From: Deltaproteobacteria bacterium
Lineage (GTDB): Bacteria; Desulfobacterota; Desulfobulbia; Desulfobulbales; Desulfocapsaceae
Length of the DNA stretch: 52,221 bases
Assembly: GCA_002747805.1 (NCBI GenBank)
Contig: PDQP01000050.1
Span: 1-52,221, forward strand
Reading direction: 5' to 3'
In this document: piece after piece, positions 1 through 8,982 of the stretch
How positions within the stretch are numbered: position 1 is the stretch's first letter
Layout: the number at the start of each line of letters is the position of its first letter
Notes under the pieces: model-generated
What the model saw: only the letters and a program-made list of their open reading frames with translations
Database searches by the model: none
Told to the model about the DNA's origin: nothing
Position numbers and translations under genes: made by a program

Positions 1-222
1 CTGGCCGGACGGGTCAACGATATTTTATCGACTTTAAGCGAGCGTGAGGAAAAGATTATCCGGCTCCGCTTCGGCATCGGCGAAAAGGCGGAATATACCT
101 TGGAGGAAATCGGCAAACGTTTCAATGTCTCCCGCGAGCGGATCAGACAGATTGAGAAAAAGGCCCTGAACCGGCTGCGGCATTCAAGCAGACGGGAAAA
201 GCTGAAATTTTTTATTGATTAA
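1..222 (+). CDS. rpoD: RNA polymerase sigma-70 family factor, RpoD-like, C-terminal fragment (region 4); the 5' part lies outside the window
   Basis: Frame +1 is open from the window edge to TAA at 220-222. The translation ...LSEREEKIIRLRFGIGEKAEYTLEEIGKRFNVSRERIRQIEKKALNRLRHSSRREKLKFFID matches the sigma-70 region 4.2 HTH and the RpoD-type tail (LRHPSRS..L..FLD). Confidence 0.7.
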   Translation: MAGRVNDILSTLSEREEKIIRLRFGIGEKAEYTLEEIGKRFNVSRERIRQIEKKALNRLRHSSRREKLKFFID

Positions 223-280
223 AGCTTTACCACCCCGGCAGGTTATTTTCCTGTCATAAAATTCCTCTAAATGATGCCGG

Positions 281-1168
281 ATGAAAATTTTTAATTTATT
301 GCTGTCTGTTTTTTTATTCTCCGCTTTAACCGCAGGGCCGTGTCTTGCCCTTGATTTACATACCAAATTCCGTAAGCAAAGAGAAAAACAAAGAGAGACC
401 TATACCAAAGATACCGGCAATATTCCTGACGGCGTAATGATTCCAGAGCTGATCCCCCTGCTTTATCAGGGCGGCGAAAAGCTGAAATACGATATTTCAT
501 GGACTGGCGGGGTAAAAATCGGTGAGGCCTTGATTGAGATAAAAAAGATTGCCGGAAAGGAAGATACCTATAACCTGAAAGTCAGAATTACCAGTAAAAA
601 CGGTGCCTTTTCCCTGGTATATCCGGTTGATGACCGTCATATTACCACCGTTCAAGGGCCGGAAAGACTGCCGATCAGGCATGAGTCCTGGCAAAAGGAG
701 GGCTTTGGCTACCGGTCGCATAAGATTACAGAATATAACCAGAAAACCGGCAAATATACCTATTGGAGCAATGATAAGCCGCCGCGTTATTTCACCGTCA
801 GCGGCAAGACCCAGAACGAGTTTTCCGGCTTTATGGCCAGCAGGCTGATGCCTTTTCAGCCGGGCAAACCCTTTGTGGTGCCGACCTGGGCTGACAAGAT
901 GCGGGTCAAGGTGGTGGTGGAGACCGGGCAGACGGAAAGGCTGAAAAAAACCATTCTGGGCGAAGTGGACACCATTAAGATAATGCCCATTCTGACCTTT
1001 AGCGGCACCTACGACCAGAGGGGAGATACCACCATCTGGTACACCAATGATAAATGCCGGGTGCCGGTGCAGGTCAATTCAAAGATCGTTATCGGCTCTC
1101 TTAATGCAACACTGGTTGGATGGGAAAATCCGGCCTGCGGCATCTATCCGCCTGTTAAGCGGTATTAA
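281..1168 (+). CDS. Secreted DUF3108-like protein
   Basis: 295-aa ORF with an N-terminal signal peptide (MKIFNLLLSVFLFSALTAGPCLA). The beta-rich body (YDISWTGGVKIGEALIEI...) recalls the DUF3108 family. Its function is unknown. Confidence 0.6.
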   Translation: MKIFNLLLSVFLFSALTAGPCLALDLHTKFRKQREKQRETYTKDTGNIPDGVMIPELIPLLYQGGEKLKYDISWTGGVKIGEALIEIKKIAGKEDTYNLKVRITSKNGAFSLVYPVDDRHITTVQGPERLPIRHESWQKEGFGYRSHKITEYNQKTGKYTYWSNDKPPRYFTVSGKTQNEFSGFMASRLMPFQPGKPFVVPTWADKMRVKVVVETGQTERLKKTILGEVDTIKIMPILTFSGTYDQRGDTTIWYTNDKCRVPVQVNSKIVIGSLNATLVGWENPACGIYPPVKRY

Positions 1169-1189
1169 CTATCTGTAATGGAGTAAGAT

Positions 1190-1282
1190 ATGCCATCAAT
1201 ATCAATGTTTTACGGTTTAATTATTTATATGTACTACCCTGTATCTAGATTCAATAAGGAAAATTTACGGAGAAAAATATGA
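1190..1282 (+). pseudogene. Truncated DUF4160-family gene remnant
   Basis: 30-codon ORF behind a GGAG RBS. Its first 16 aa (MPSISMFYGLIIYMYY) match the conserved DUF4160 N-terminus (MPTISMFYGIIIRMYF...). It then diverges and stops before the HxH region. The stop overlaps the hicB ATG (ATGA). Confidence 0.5.
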
Positions 1283-1488
1283 TTAGAACTTTTACCCTAG
1301 ACTACTGGATTGATGACGGATGGTATGTAGGAAAACTTCGTGAAGTTCCCGGCGTCTTTAGCCAGGGAGAAACCTTTGAAGAATTGAAACAAAACATTCA
1401 GGATGCCTTTATTCTCATGTCTAAAGAGATGCCGTCAATTCCTGTCCAAAATTTTAAATCGGCTGAACTGCAAATGGAAGTGTTGTGA
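1279..1488 (+). CDS. hicB: HicB-family (UPF0150) antitoxin
   Basis: 69 aa. MIRTFTLDYWIDDGWYVGKLREVPGVFSQGETFEELKQNIQDAF is typical of the HicB/UPF0150 N-terminal domain. It overlaps the downstream hicA start by 4 nt. Confidence 0.75.
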   Translation: MIRTFTLDYWIDDGWYVGKLREVPGVFSQGETFEELKQNIQDAFILMSKEMPSIPVQNFKSAELQMEVL

Positions 1489-1661
1489 AGCGTAAAAATT
1501 TTATCAAAGAACTTATCTCTGAGGGCTGTTACTTGAAACGCCATGGCAGCAGACACGATATTTACGCTAATCCCACAAACGGAAAACAAACATCTGTTCC
1601 AAGACACCCGGAAATTAAAGAGAGTTTATGCAGGTTGATAAGACAGCAACTAGGAGTATGA
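1485..1661 (+). CDS. hicA: HicA-family (YcfA-like) mRNA interferase toxin
   Basis: 58-aa GTG-start ORF absent from the supplied track because it is under 60 aa. The translation VKRKNFIKELISEGCYLKRHGSRHDIYANPTNGKQTSVPRHPEIKESLCRLIRQQLGV carries the HicA signature (G..L.R..GSHH.IY..P..G....VPRH.EI). The GTG overlaps the hicB stop (GTGA). Confidence 0.75.
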   Translation: MKRKNFIKELISEGCYLKRHGSRHDIYANPTNGKQTSVPRHPEIKESLCRLIRQQLGV

Positions 1662-1731
1662 TACTGTTAAAATCCGTTTCACTTACCGGTGAGTTTTGCA
1701 GTATAAGAAAAAACAAGAGATAGGATTAAAA

Positions 1732-2622
1732 ATGACCAAACATACCGTAACTACCACTGATTTTAAGGGCTTAAATCTTGTCCATCGGGGCAAGGTGCGG
1801 GATATGTATGAAATTCCCGGTCATGATGATAAACTGCTGATGGTGGCAAGCGACCGCATATCGGCCTATGATGTGGTGATGAACGAGCCGGTGCCGGGCA
1901 AGGGGCGGATTTTGACACAGCTATCGCTATTCTGGTTCAAATTACTGGATGGCATAGTTGAAAATCATCTGATTACGGCAGATACCGCCGAATATCCTGA
2001 GCCATGTCTTCCCTATGCAGATATTTTGCATGGCCGTTCCATGCTGGTAAAAAAAACGCAGCCGCTGCCGGTGGAATGTATCGTCCGCGGTTATATTTCC
2101 GGCTCATTCTGGCAGGCTTATCAAAAGTCCAGTCTGGTGTGCGGCTTTGAACTGCCGCCTGATATGCAGGAATCAGATAAATTTCCGGAGCCGCTCTTCA
2201 CCCCGTCCACCAAGGCGGCCAGCGGCCATGATGAAAATATTTCTCTTGCCCAAATGGCAGAAATTATCGGAGAAGAACGTGCCGGACAAATTGCCGGAAT
2301 CTGCACCAATTTATACAAGACTGCGGCCGATTATGCCGCCTCCAGGGGCGTAATTATCGCCGACACCAAGTTTGAGCTTGGCCTTGCCGGTGATAAATTG
2401 ATCCTGATTGACGAGGTGCTGACCCCTGATTCCTCACGGTTCTGGCCGCTGGATGAATACCAGCCAGGACAAGGGCAGCCAAGTTTTGATAAACAATTTT
2501 TACGGGATTATCTGTCCTCACTTGACTGGGATAAAACTCCTCCGGCCCCTTCCCTGCCGCAGGAAATTATTGATAAAACGGCCTTGCGTTATCAGCAGGC
2601 CCTTGAACTTATAACCAGATAA
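1732..2622 (+). CDS. purC: Phosphoribosylaminoimidazole-succinocarboxamide synthase (SAICAR synthetase)
   Basis: GKVRDMYE...[15 protein letters not shown]...IADTKFELG...[14 protein letters not shown] are classic PurC motifs. Start trimmed to the ATG at 1732 (MTKHTV...). The track ORF begins at an upstream TTG. Confidence 0.9.
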   Translation: MTKHTVTTTDFKGLNLVHRGKVRDMYEIPGHDDKLLMVASDRISAYDVVMNEPVPGKGRILTQLSLFWFKLLDGIVENHLITADTAEYPEPCLPYADILHGRSMLVKKTQPLPVECIVRGYISGSFWQAYQKSSLVCGFELPPDMQESDKFPEPLFTPSTKAASGHDENISLAQMAEIIGEERAGQIAGICTNLYKTAADYAASRGVIIADTKFELGLAGDKLILIDEVLTPDSSRFWPLDEYQPGQGQPSFDKQFLRDYLSSLDWDKTPPAPSLPQEIIDKTALRYQQALELITR

Positions 2623-2642
2623 CACAACTAATTGGAATAAAA

Positions 2643-3935
2643 ATGAATTTTGTTAAGGAACTAGAATGGCGCGGCATGATTCACGATCTTATGCCCGGCA
2701 CTGAAGAGCAGCTGGAAAAGGAAATGACTGCGGCCTATGTGGGCATTGATCCCACCGCCGATTCCCTGCATATCGGCCATTTGGTCGGGGTAATGATGCT
2801 CAAACACTTCCAGCTTGCCGGTCATAAGCCGCTGGCCCTGATTGGTGGTGCCACCGGCATGATTGGCGATCCTTCCGGCAAGTCGGCGGAACGCAACCTG
2901 CTCGATGAGCAAACCCTGAGACATAACGAGGCCGGCATCAAAAAGCAGCTAAGCAAGTTTCTGGATTTTGAATCAGATCAGCCAAATGCGGCGGAACTGG
3001 TCAATAATTATGACTGGATGAAGGATTTTAGTTTTCTTGATTTTATCCGGGACATTGGCAAGCATATCACGGTCAATTATATGATGGCCAAGGACAGCGT
3101 AAAAAAACGGCTCGGCGAGGATGCCAAAATGGGGCTGTCTTTCACCGAGTTTTCGTACCAATTGGTTCAGGGAACCGATTATCTGCATCTCTACCGTAAA
3201 AAAAACTGCAAACTGCAGATGGGCGGCTCCGATCAATGGGGCAATATTACCACCGGTACGGAACTTATCCGCCGCAAGGAAGGCGGTGAGGCCTTTGCCA
3301 TTACCTGCCCGCTGATCACCAAGGCGGACGGCGGCAAGTTCGGCAAGACCGAAAGCGGTAATATCTGGCTCGACCCGGAGCGGACCACCCCGTATAAATT
3401 CTATCAATTCTGGCTTAATGTTTCCGATGAGGATGCGGCAAGGTATATCAAGATTTTCACCCTGCTGGGCAAAGATGAAATTGCCGCACTGGTCAAGGAG
3501 CAGGAAGAGGCGCCGCATTTAAGGCCCCTGCAAAAAAGCCTGGCCCGGGAAATTACCTGCATGGTTCATTCTGAAGCTGAATATCTAAAAGCTGTTGAGG
3601 CATCGCAGATCTTATTTGGCAAGGCAACCGCAGCAAGTCTTGCCAAACTGGATGAAGCCACCTTTCTTTCGGTATTTGAGGGCGTACCGACCTTTGAGAT
3701 AGAACGGGCAAAACTTGAGCAGGGGATTCAGATAGTAGAACTGCTTGCCGCCGAGACCAAAATTTTCCCCAGCAAGGGCGAAGTCCGCCGTACCATCAAG
3801 GGCGGGGGGCTGAGCATGAACAAGGAAAGGATCAGCGGGCAGGAATATCTGGTAACTACGGCCGCCCTGATTAACGGCTGTTATATTTTATTTCAGAAAG
3901 GCAAGAAAAATTATTTTATAGTCAAGGCGGTATAA
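2643..3935 (+). CDS. tyrS: Tyrosine--tRNA ligase
   Basis: 430 aa with the class I HIGH motif (DSLHIGHL), a KMSKS-like KFGKT motif and a C-terminal S4 domain. Confidence 0.95.
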   Translation: MNFVKELEWRGMIHDLMPGTEEQLEKEMTAAYVGIDPTADSLHIGHLVGVMMLKHFQLAGHKPLALIGGATGMIGDPSGKSAERNLLDEQTLRHNEAGIKKQLSKFLDFESDQPNAAELVNNYDWMKDFSFLDFIRDIGKHITVNYMMAKDSVKKRLGEDAKMGLSFTEFSYQLVQGTDYLHLYRKKNCKLQMGGSDQWGNITTGTELIRRKEGGEAFAITCPLITKADGGKFGKTESGNIWLDPERTTPYKFYQFWLNVSDEDAARYIKIFTLLGKDEIAALVKEQEEAPHLRPLQKSLAREITCMVHSEAEYLKAVEASQILFGKATAASLAKLDEATFLSVFEGVPTFEIERAKLEQGIQIVELLAAETKIFPSKGEVRRTIKGGGLSMNKERISGQEYLVTTAALINGCYILFQKGKKNYFIVKAV

Positions 3936-3940
3936 AGTTC

Positions 3941-3970
3941 AGGCACTCCATCCATCATGCTGGAGTGCCT
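3941..3970. terminator. Perfect 10-bp hairpin between convergent tyrS and the chemosensory cluster
   Basis: AGGCACTCCA-N10-TGGAGTGCCT lies 6 nt after the tyrS stop and 15 nt after the minus-strand stop at 3985. There is no clear U-tract on either strand. Confidence 0.45.
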
Positions 3971-3984
3971 TGCAAAACATGCCC

Positions 3985-5709
3985 TCAGATACCGGCTTTA
4001 AGATTTTCGGGAAATCTGCCGGAAACCGCAAAGTCATTAACCACATTTTGATGAATTTGCAGGGCCGCATCCACTATTTGCCTGAGGTGAGAGGTTGCAT
4101 CGGCGGATAAATCCTGAAAGCTGCCGCCATAGCCGACGAAGTTAGCCGAATCATTATTCATAACCCATTGGATTTTAATCAATACTTCGGTAAGCATTTT
4201 CAGATCATAGCCATTTTCATCCACAGAAGCTATATTCAGCCGATCACCAGGCTCAATCTGAATATCTTCATGTTCATTTTTCATAATCACAAAGCCAAGC
4301 CCGGATTCCGACAGGTTCACCACTCCAGCCGGCATGGAAACTCCCATACCGGACACGCTAAGAACCAGTCTGGGCCCGGTCTTCATGGTAAAGTAAATCC
4401 GCTGATGCCGCCTCTTTTGAATAAATTCCGAGGCAACCCTTCTCACCTTGCCGCCATCGGACAAGACCGTGCAATCAAGCCCAAGATGGCTGCTGACGGT
4501 CTGCACAATCTCGGTCGGCGAGGCCTCGGTATCAGCAAGGCCGTCCTGTTCCACCTTTTCAATATCATCACTTACCATACAGGTTGAAGGCTGCTTGATG
4601 ATAATCCTGCCGGACTTGCCCTTGAAATATCTCAGTGCCTCAAGGGAACATGCAGCACCGGACAGCATGGTCAGGGCAAACTTGCCGGTAAAAATATCGG
4701 CAACCGAACAAATAAGGGCATCTATACCGGATTCATCCGCCGCCGAAGGCATCCCCGAATTAATCAGGAAGAAATTACCCTCATTTTCCGCCAGCTGATC
4801 AACCATGCCGGGCGTACCAATATAGCTGTAACCAGCGAGCAGAGGAACTTCGGAAGAAGCAGGCAGCACCGGAATACGGCAAATCTGGTTGATATAAACC
4901 ACCAAGGGCAAAACAAGGGCCTCCGGCATCTCCTGAACCACCAGCACCGTGCCGTCAAAGCCGCCCGGAAATCTGGTAAAAACATTAAACAGCTCGGCAA
5001 TACCGCCGGCACCGGACAAGACCAGCAATAACTGACCACAGGGGATATTGTGTCCAGCCGGTTTCACTTGAGTTGCCATACTGTATGACGGGGCGTTTAA
5101 TCTGGTAAATTCGCCAATCCTCGCCCTGGCTGCCTTATGTATGGTCTTGATAAACCTGTGCTGAACCTCGTCTTCCTTATGCTCACGGGTGGGTTTGACC
5201 AGAAAATCCACCGCACCAAAGCGGAGAAAATCGATAATGGTATTTTGGGAACGGTTACTAAGGTTGCTGACAATAATCACCGGACATGGATGACTGAGCA
5301 TCAGATGCTTTAATACCGAGGTGCCGCCCATGCCGGGCATATTGACATCAAGAGTGATAACATCCGGTTTTACCTCCCTCGTCTTCTGCAGGGCCTCATC
5401 GCCGTCAGCCGCCTCGCCAACCACCTCCAGGGTGCCGTCCGACTCAATCATCTTCTTGATAATACGCCTGAAAAGTTTTGAGTCATCGACTATCAAAACC
5501 CGTTTTCTGCGGTCTGGATCATCCTCACATCCGGCCTCCAGCAGCCGGTTCTTGATGGCGACATCCGAGCTGATAATATCATCCGGCTTTTCCTTGGAAA
5601 TGGTGATCATAAAACCGCATTCCCGGCAGTTAAAGCTCTGAAACTTATCTTTTATATTGACCAGATCCACATCGTAGCGGGAACCGCAGTCTTCACAAAA
5701 AACAATCAT
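3985..5709 (-). CDS. Four-domain signalling protein: zinc ribbon, REC, degenerate CheB-like methylesterase domain and PilZ
   Basis: N-terminal CxxC...CxxC ribbon (MIVFCEDCGSRYDV...FNCRECGF). REC domain (RVLIVDDSKLFRR...PDVITLDVNMPGMGG...VKP). CheB-like domain in which LSGAGG, QEMP and SGAACS replace GASTGG, QHMP and GMGNDG. C-terminal PilZ with intact RRHQR and NLSESG motifs. Confidence 0.8.
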   Translation of the reverse strand: MIVFCEDCGSRYDVDLVNIKDKFQSFNCRECGFMITISKEKPDDIISSDVAIKNRLLEAGCEDDPDRRKRVLIVDDSKLFRRIIKKMIESDGTLEVVGEAADGDEALQKTREVKPDVITLDVNMPGMGGTSVLKHLMLSHPCPVIIVSNLSNRSQNTIIDFLRFGAVDFLVKPTREHKEDEVQHRFIKTIHKAARARIGEFTRLNAPSYSMATQVKPAGHNIPCGQLLLVLSGAGGIAELFNVFTRFPGGFDGTVLVVQEMPEALVLPLVVYINQICRIPVLPASSEVPLLAGYSYIGTPGMVDQLAENEGNFFLINSGMPSAADESGIDALICSVADIFTGKFALTMLSGAACSLEALRYFKGKSGRIIIKQPSTCMVSDDIEKVEQDGLADTEASPTEIVQTVSSHLGLDCTVLSDGGKVRRVASEFIQKRRHQRIYFTMKTGPRLVLSVSGMGVSMPAGVVNLSESGLGFVIMKNEHEDIQIEPGDRLNIASVDENGYDLKMLTEVLIKIQWVMNNDSANFVGYGGSFQDLSADATSHLRQIVDAALQIHQNVVNDFAVSGRFPENLKAGI

Positions 5710-5783
5710 ATTATAAGCCTCCGCAGGCGGGCCATGGTTATTTATGATGGTTCAAACCGCTGAAAAACAAGGCGGCAAAAATT

Positions 5784-6203
5784 TTATTTGTCCTGGGCAG
5801 AATATCTTACCTGCTTGAGATATGATTTCAGGGCCTTGTAATCATCTTCAAAAATATCCAGAAATTTGGCTCCTATTTTCATCCGCCCTTCACTTTCACT
5901 AACCCAGGCGACCTCAACGATTGCCGTCAGGGGTGCGGCGACACGTTGATCATCAACCAGCATGGATACCCCCTTGCGGTGATGCTGCCAGCCGGAAATA
6001 TCCACAGAAATACAGAGATGATCACCTTTTTTATAGTCGCCCGCCAGACAAAAGCAGATGCCGTCCTCACTCAGGTTCTCCAAGGCGGCCTTCTCGCCGG
6101 GCCCGGCGGCCATCGGATAGGCAAGACGCTTAACCGAGAGTTCTCCGCCCTTTTTTATCCTTACCTTTTCCCGCAGTTTTCTGTCCTCTGCCTTGTCTGA
6201 CAT
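5784..6203 (-). CDS. Stand-alone PilZ-domain protein
   Basis: 139 aa with the RxxxR motif (REKVR) and the D/NxSxxG motif (NLSEDG) at PilZ-typical spacing. Confidence 0.7.
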   Translation of the reverse strand: MSDKAEDRKLREKVRIKKGGELSVKRLAYPMAAGPGEKAALENLSEDGICFCLAGDYKKGDHLCISVDISGWQHHRKGVSMLVDDQRVAAPLTAIVEVAWVSESEGRMKIGAKFLDIFEDDYKALKSYLKQVRYSAQDK

Positions 6204-6220
6204 AAATAATTTACCGATTT

Positions 6221-7252
6221 TTATTTCAGGATGGTATCAATACCCTTAATCCCCGTCAAGGATGCCTTTTTAGCAAAGCTGTCATCAACCAGCCCCTCTA
6301 CCCTTTCATCATCAACCAGACCAAATTGTTTCATCACCTTTGCCATATACTGAAATTCCTCATCCAGCGGCACATACTTGTCAAAAACAATCCGGTTTTC
6401 ATTGGGGCTGGTCAGGGCATATTCAACCAGATCCGCCGGTTGATTCCAATAGGAAGCGGCTATTGCCGCCGCCTCCGGCAGATTCTTTTTTGCCCACATG
6501 CCCGAACGCACCGCCCCTGCAACCAGCTTTTCCACCTGCTCCGGGTGCTGCTCGATAAAGTCTTGCCTGACCAGCATCAGATTGCAGATAAAGCCGGGCC
6601 ACACATCCTCGGCATAGGTAAACACAGTGGAATCGCCGTTTTGCAAGGTCTTGGCCGCAAAAGGCTCGCCGACATAATAGGCATCAAGCGCCCCGGATGA
6701 CAAGGCGGCCGGCATATCGGGCGGATTCATCTCCACCACCTTCAATCTGCCGCCGAGACCGTATTTCTCGGCCAGCAGTCTAACGCTCAAATTATGGCCG
6801 GAATACCGCATCGGCACCGCCACCGTCAGCCCGGCCAAATCTTCCATTTTCTCGGCCTTTAGCTCCTTGCGGACAACAAAGGTGCTTTCATGCCGATTGC
6901 CGATATAGACCACCTTGACATCCTCACCCTGCTGCCGCAGCACAATAGCCAAGGGGGCAATGATAAAGGCCGCCTCAATATTGCCGTTGCGCAGGGCCTC
7001 GCCCATCTCGGCAAAGGAAGCAAATTTAACCGCAGAAAAACGAAGGCCCTCCCCTTCCCTGGATGCATAATCCAAAAGCGGGGCGGCCAGATTGGTGATA
7101 ACCGGCATATAGCCCATATGCACTACCTCACGGCCGCCGGAATCGAAATTGACCCGGTAGTGCAGAAAACTGATAAAAACAAACCAGCCCGCCAGAATAA
7201 CCCCAACCAGTACACTTCTCGGCACACGTGCCAGATAATTATTAAACGGCAT
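6221..7252 (-). CDS. ABC transporter substrate-binding protein, NitT/TauT (NMT1-like) family, membrane-anchored
   Basis: The body matches the SsuA/NrtA/NMT1-like fold (GYMPVITNLAAPL..., AAFIIAPLAIVL). Start trimmed to M34 (MPFNNYLARVPRSVLVGVILAGWFVFISF, a TM anchor). The longer track ORF would run through the upstream ATPase gene. Confidence 0.75.
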   Translation of the reverse strand: MPFNNYLARVPRSVLVGVILAGWFVFISFLHYRVNFDSGGREVVHMGYMPVITNLAAPLLDYASREGEGLRFSAVKFASFAEMGEALRNGNIEAAFIIAPLAIVLRQQGEDVKVVYIGNRHESTFVVRKELKAEKMEDLAGLTVAVPMRYSGHNLSVRLLAEKYGLGGRLKVVEMNPPDMPAALSSGALDAYYVGEPFAAKTLQNGDSTVFTYAEDVWPGFICNLMLVRQDFIEQHPEQVEKLVAGAVRSGMWAKKNLPEAAAIAASYWNQPADLVEYALTSPNENRIVFDKYVPLDEEFQYMAKVMKQFGLVDDERVEGLVDDSFAKKASLTGIKGIDTILK

Positions 7253-8033
7253 CGGGAACCCCCAGCATAAAAAACACCTCTTTCCGCAGTTTAAGCAGCT
7301 CCGGCTCCTCGGTAATATGCCGCGGATGAGGATGCACCAGTTTATGGTCAAGCTGCACCGCCGCCGGTCTGCCGCTTAAAATCACAATGCGGTCTCCCAT
7401 CACCAGGGCATCATCAATATCATGGGTTACAAAAATAACGCTTTTACCAGTGTATAAGTGCATCATCACCACTTCTTCCCGCATCCTCATATGGGTCAGG
7501 AAGTCAAGGCCGGTAAAAGGCTCGTCCATAAACAGGGTGCGGGGATCAACCGCCAGGGCTCTGGCCAGCTCCACCCGCCGCTGCATCCCGCCGGAAAGCT
7601 CGTATGGATAACGCTGACCGGCTCCAGTCAGCTCCACCATATCGATATATTCCTGAATCTTGTTATTTCTTTCCTCTTCGTCCTTGATATTCCTAAGTCC
7701 CAGGCCGACATTTTGCTGAACCGTCATCCAGGGCAGCAAGGCACTATGCTGATAGACAAAGATATGATCGGAACTGGGGCCTCTCATGGGTTTTCCGTCC
7801 ACCAGCACCTCTCCGGCCGTAGCCTGCTCAAAACCGGCAATAATCCTGAGCAGGGTCGATTTGCCGCAGCCGGACGGGCCGAGGATGCAGACCATCTCCC
7901 CTTCTTCAAACTCAAGATTGATGTCTTCCAGAATCCGCAGCCTCTTGCCGGGACTGCTGCTTTCAAGTTCTCTCGATTTGCGTCTTTTTTCAGTGTACTC
8001 CTTGCACAAACCGGAAATAACAATATGACTCAT
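7242..8033 (-). CDS. ABC transporter ATP-binding protein (NitT/TauT family)
   Basis: Walker A GPSGCGKST, signature LSGGMQRR, Walker B LFMDEPF and H-loop VTHD. Confidence 0.9.
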   Translation of the reverse strand: MSHIVISGLCKEYTEKRRKSRELESSSPGKRLRILEDINLEFEEGEMVCILGPSGCGKSTLLRIIAGFEQATAGEVLVDGKPMRGPSSDHIFVYQHSALLPWMTVQQNVGLGLRNIKDEEERNNKIQEYIDMVELTGAGQRYPYELSGGMQRRVELARALAVDPRTLFMDEPFTGLDFLTHMRMREEVVMMHLYTGKSVIFVTHDIDDALVMGDRIVILSGRPAAVQLDHKLVHPHPRHITEEPELLKLRKEVFFMLGVPDAV

Positions 8034-8119
8034 GGCAATAATCTCCGTCCGGCAATTACGGCAGCACCCAAAAGTACACCAAGACCAACTTTTTTCAAGC
8101 TACTAAACATATTATTCAT
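8030..8119 (-). CDS. Possible 29-aa hydrophobic micro-protein between the permease and ATPase genes
   Basis: ATG...TGA ORF encoding MNNMFSSLKKVGLGVLLGAAVIAGRRLLP. Its TGA overlaps the ATPase ATG (ATGA), consistent with translational coupling. It has one predicted TM span. No convincing SD sequence was seen. Confidence 0.25.
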   Translation of the reverse strand: MNNMFSSLKKVGLGVLLGAAVIAGRRLLP

Positions 8120-8170
8120 AAATAAAAATATCAACTTAAATCCCAAATCCCCAATCCCCAAAGGACCACC

Positions 8171-8947
8171 CTAACGGGACAGATTCGCCCAGGAAACCGA
8201 ATCACTTTTTCCCAGCCATTTCATTACCATATCAAGGCCGAGACCAGTCAGGCCAATCACCACCATACCGGCCATCACATAATCCATCCTCAAGGCATTA
8301 CGTGAATCCAGAATCAGGTAGCCAAGGCCGGAATCAACCGCAATCATCTCGGCCGCCACCACCACCAGCCAGGCAATGCCCAGGGTAATCCGCAGGGCAG
8401 TAAGCACCGAGGGCAGCATGGCCGGAACAATAATCCGGTTGACAATCTCCCAGGTGGTCAGCCCGAAATTGGCCGCAACCTGAAAGTAGGTCGGCTTGAT
8501 TGATTTAACCGCAAGGGTGGTAGAGACCACCAGCGGAAAAAAACTTGACAGGAAAATAAGAAAAACGGCAGGCATATCACCAATGCCGAACCAGAGCATC
8601 GCCAAAGGAATCCAGGCCAGGGGAGAAATGGGCCGCATAAACTGGATAATCGGGTTAAAGGCATCCATCAGGTTCTGACTGCGGCCAAAGAGCATCCCCA
8701 GGGGAACCGCAAACAGGATGGCAAGATAAAAACCGGCCGTTACCCTGAACAGACTGGCTATGGTATGCTTAATCATGGAGCCGTTTAAGGTTAGTTCCCA
8801 AATACTGGCAACCACTCTTAAAGGCCCGGGGAAGACCTGGCTGCTCCAGCCGCCGAAAGCACTAGCCAGAAACCAGACCAGGGTAACACCGCAAAAAGTA
8901 ACGAAAGGTAAAAAAAAACTTCTCGGCAATATTTTCATGGCAAACAA
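8171..8947 (-). CDS. ABC transporter permease (NitT/TauT family)
   Basis: 258 aa with about six hydrophobic spans and a BPD-transport core similar to TauC/SsuC (AAEMIAVDSGLGYLILDSRN). Confidence 0.85.
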   Translation of the reverse strand: MFAMKILPRSFFLPFVTFCGVTLVWFLASAFGGWSSQVFPGPLRVVASIWELTLNGSMIKHTIASLFRVTAGFYLAILFAVPLGMLFGRSQNLMDAFNPIIQFMRPISPLAWIPLAMLWFGIGDMPAVFLIFLSSFFPLVVSTTLAVKSIKPTYFQVAANFGLTTWEIVNRIIVPAMLPSVLTALRITLGIAWLVVVAAEMIAVDSGLGYLILDSRNALRMDYVMAGMVVIGLTGLGLDMVMKWLGKSDSVSWANLSR

Positions 8948-8982
8948 ACTACAAATTGATAAAAAATTACTTCATACCCCTG

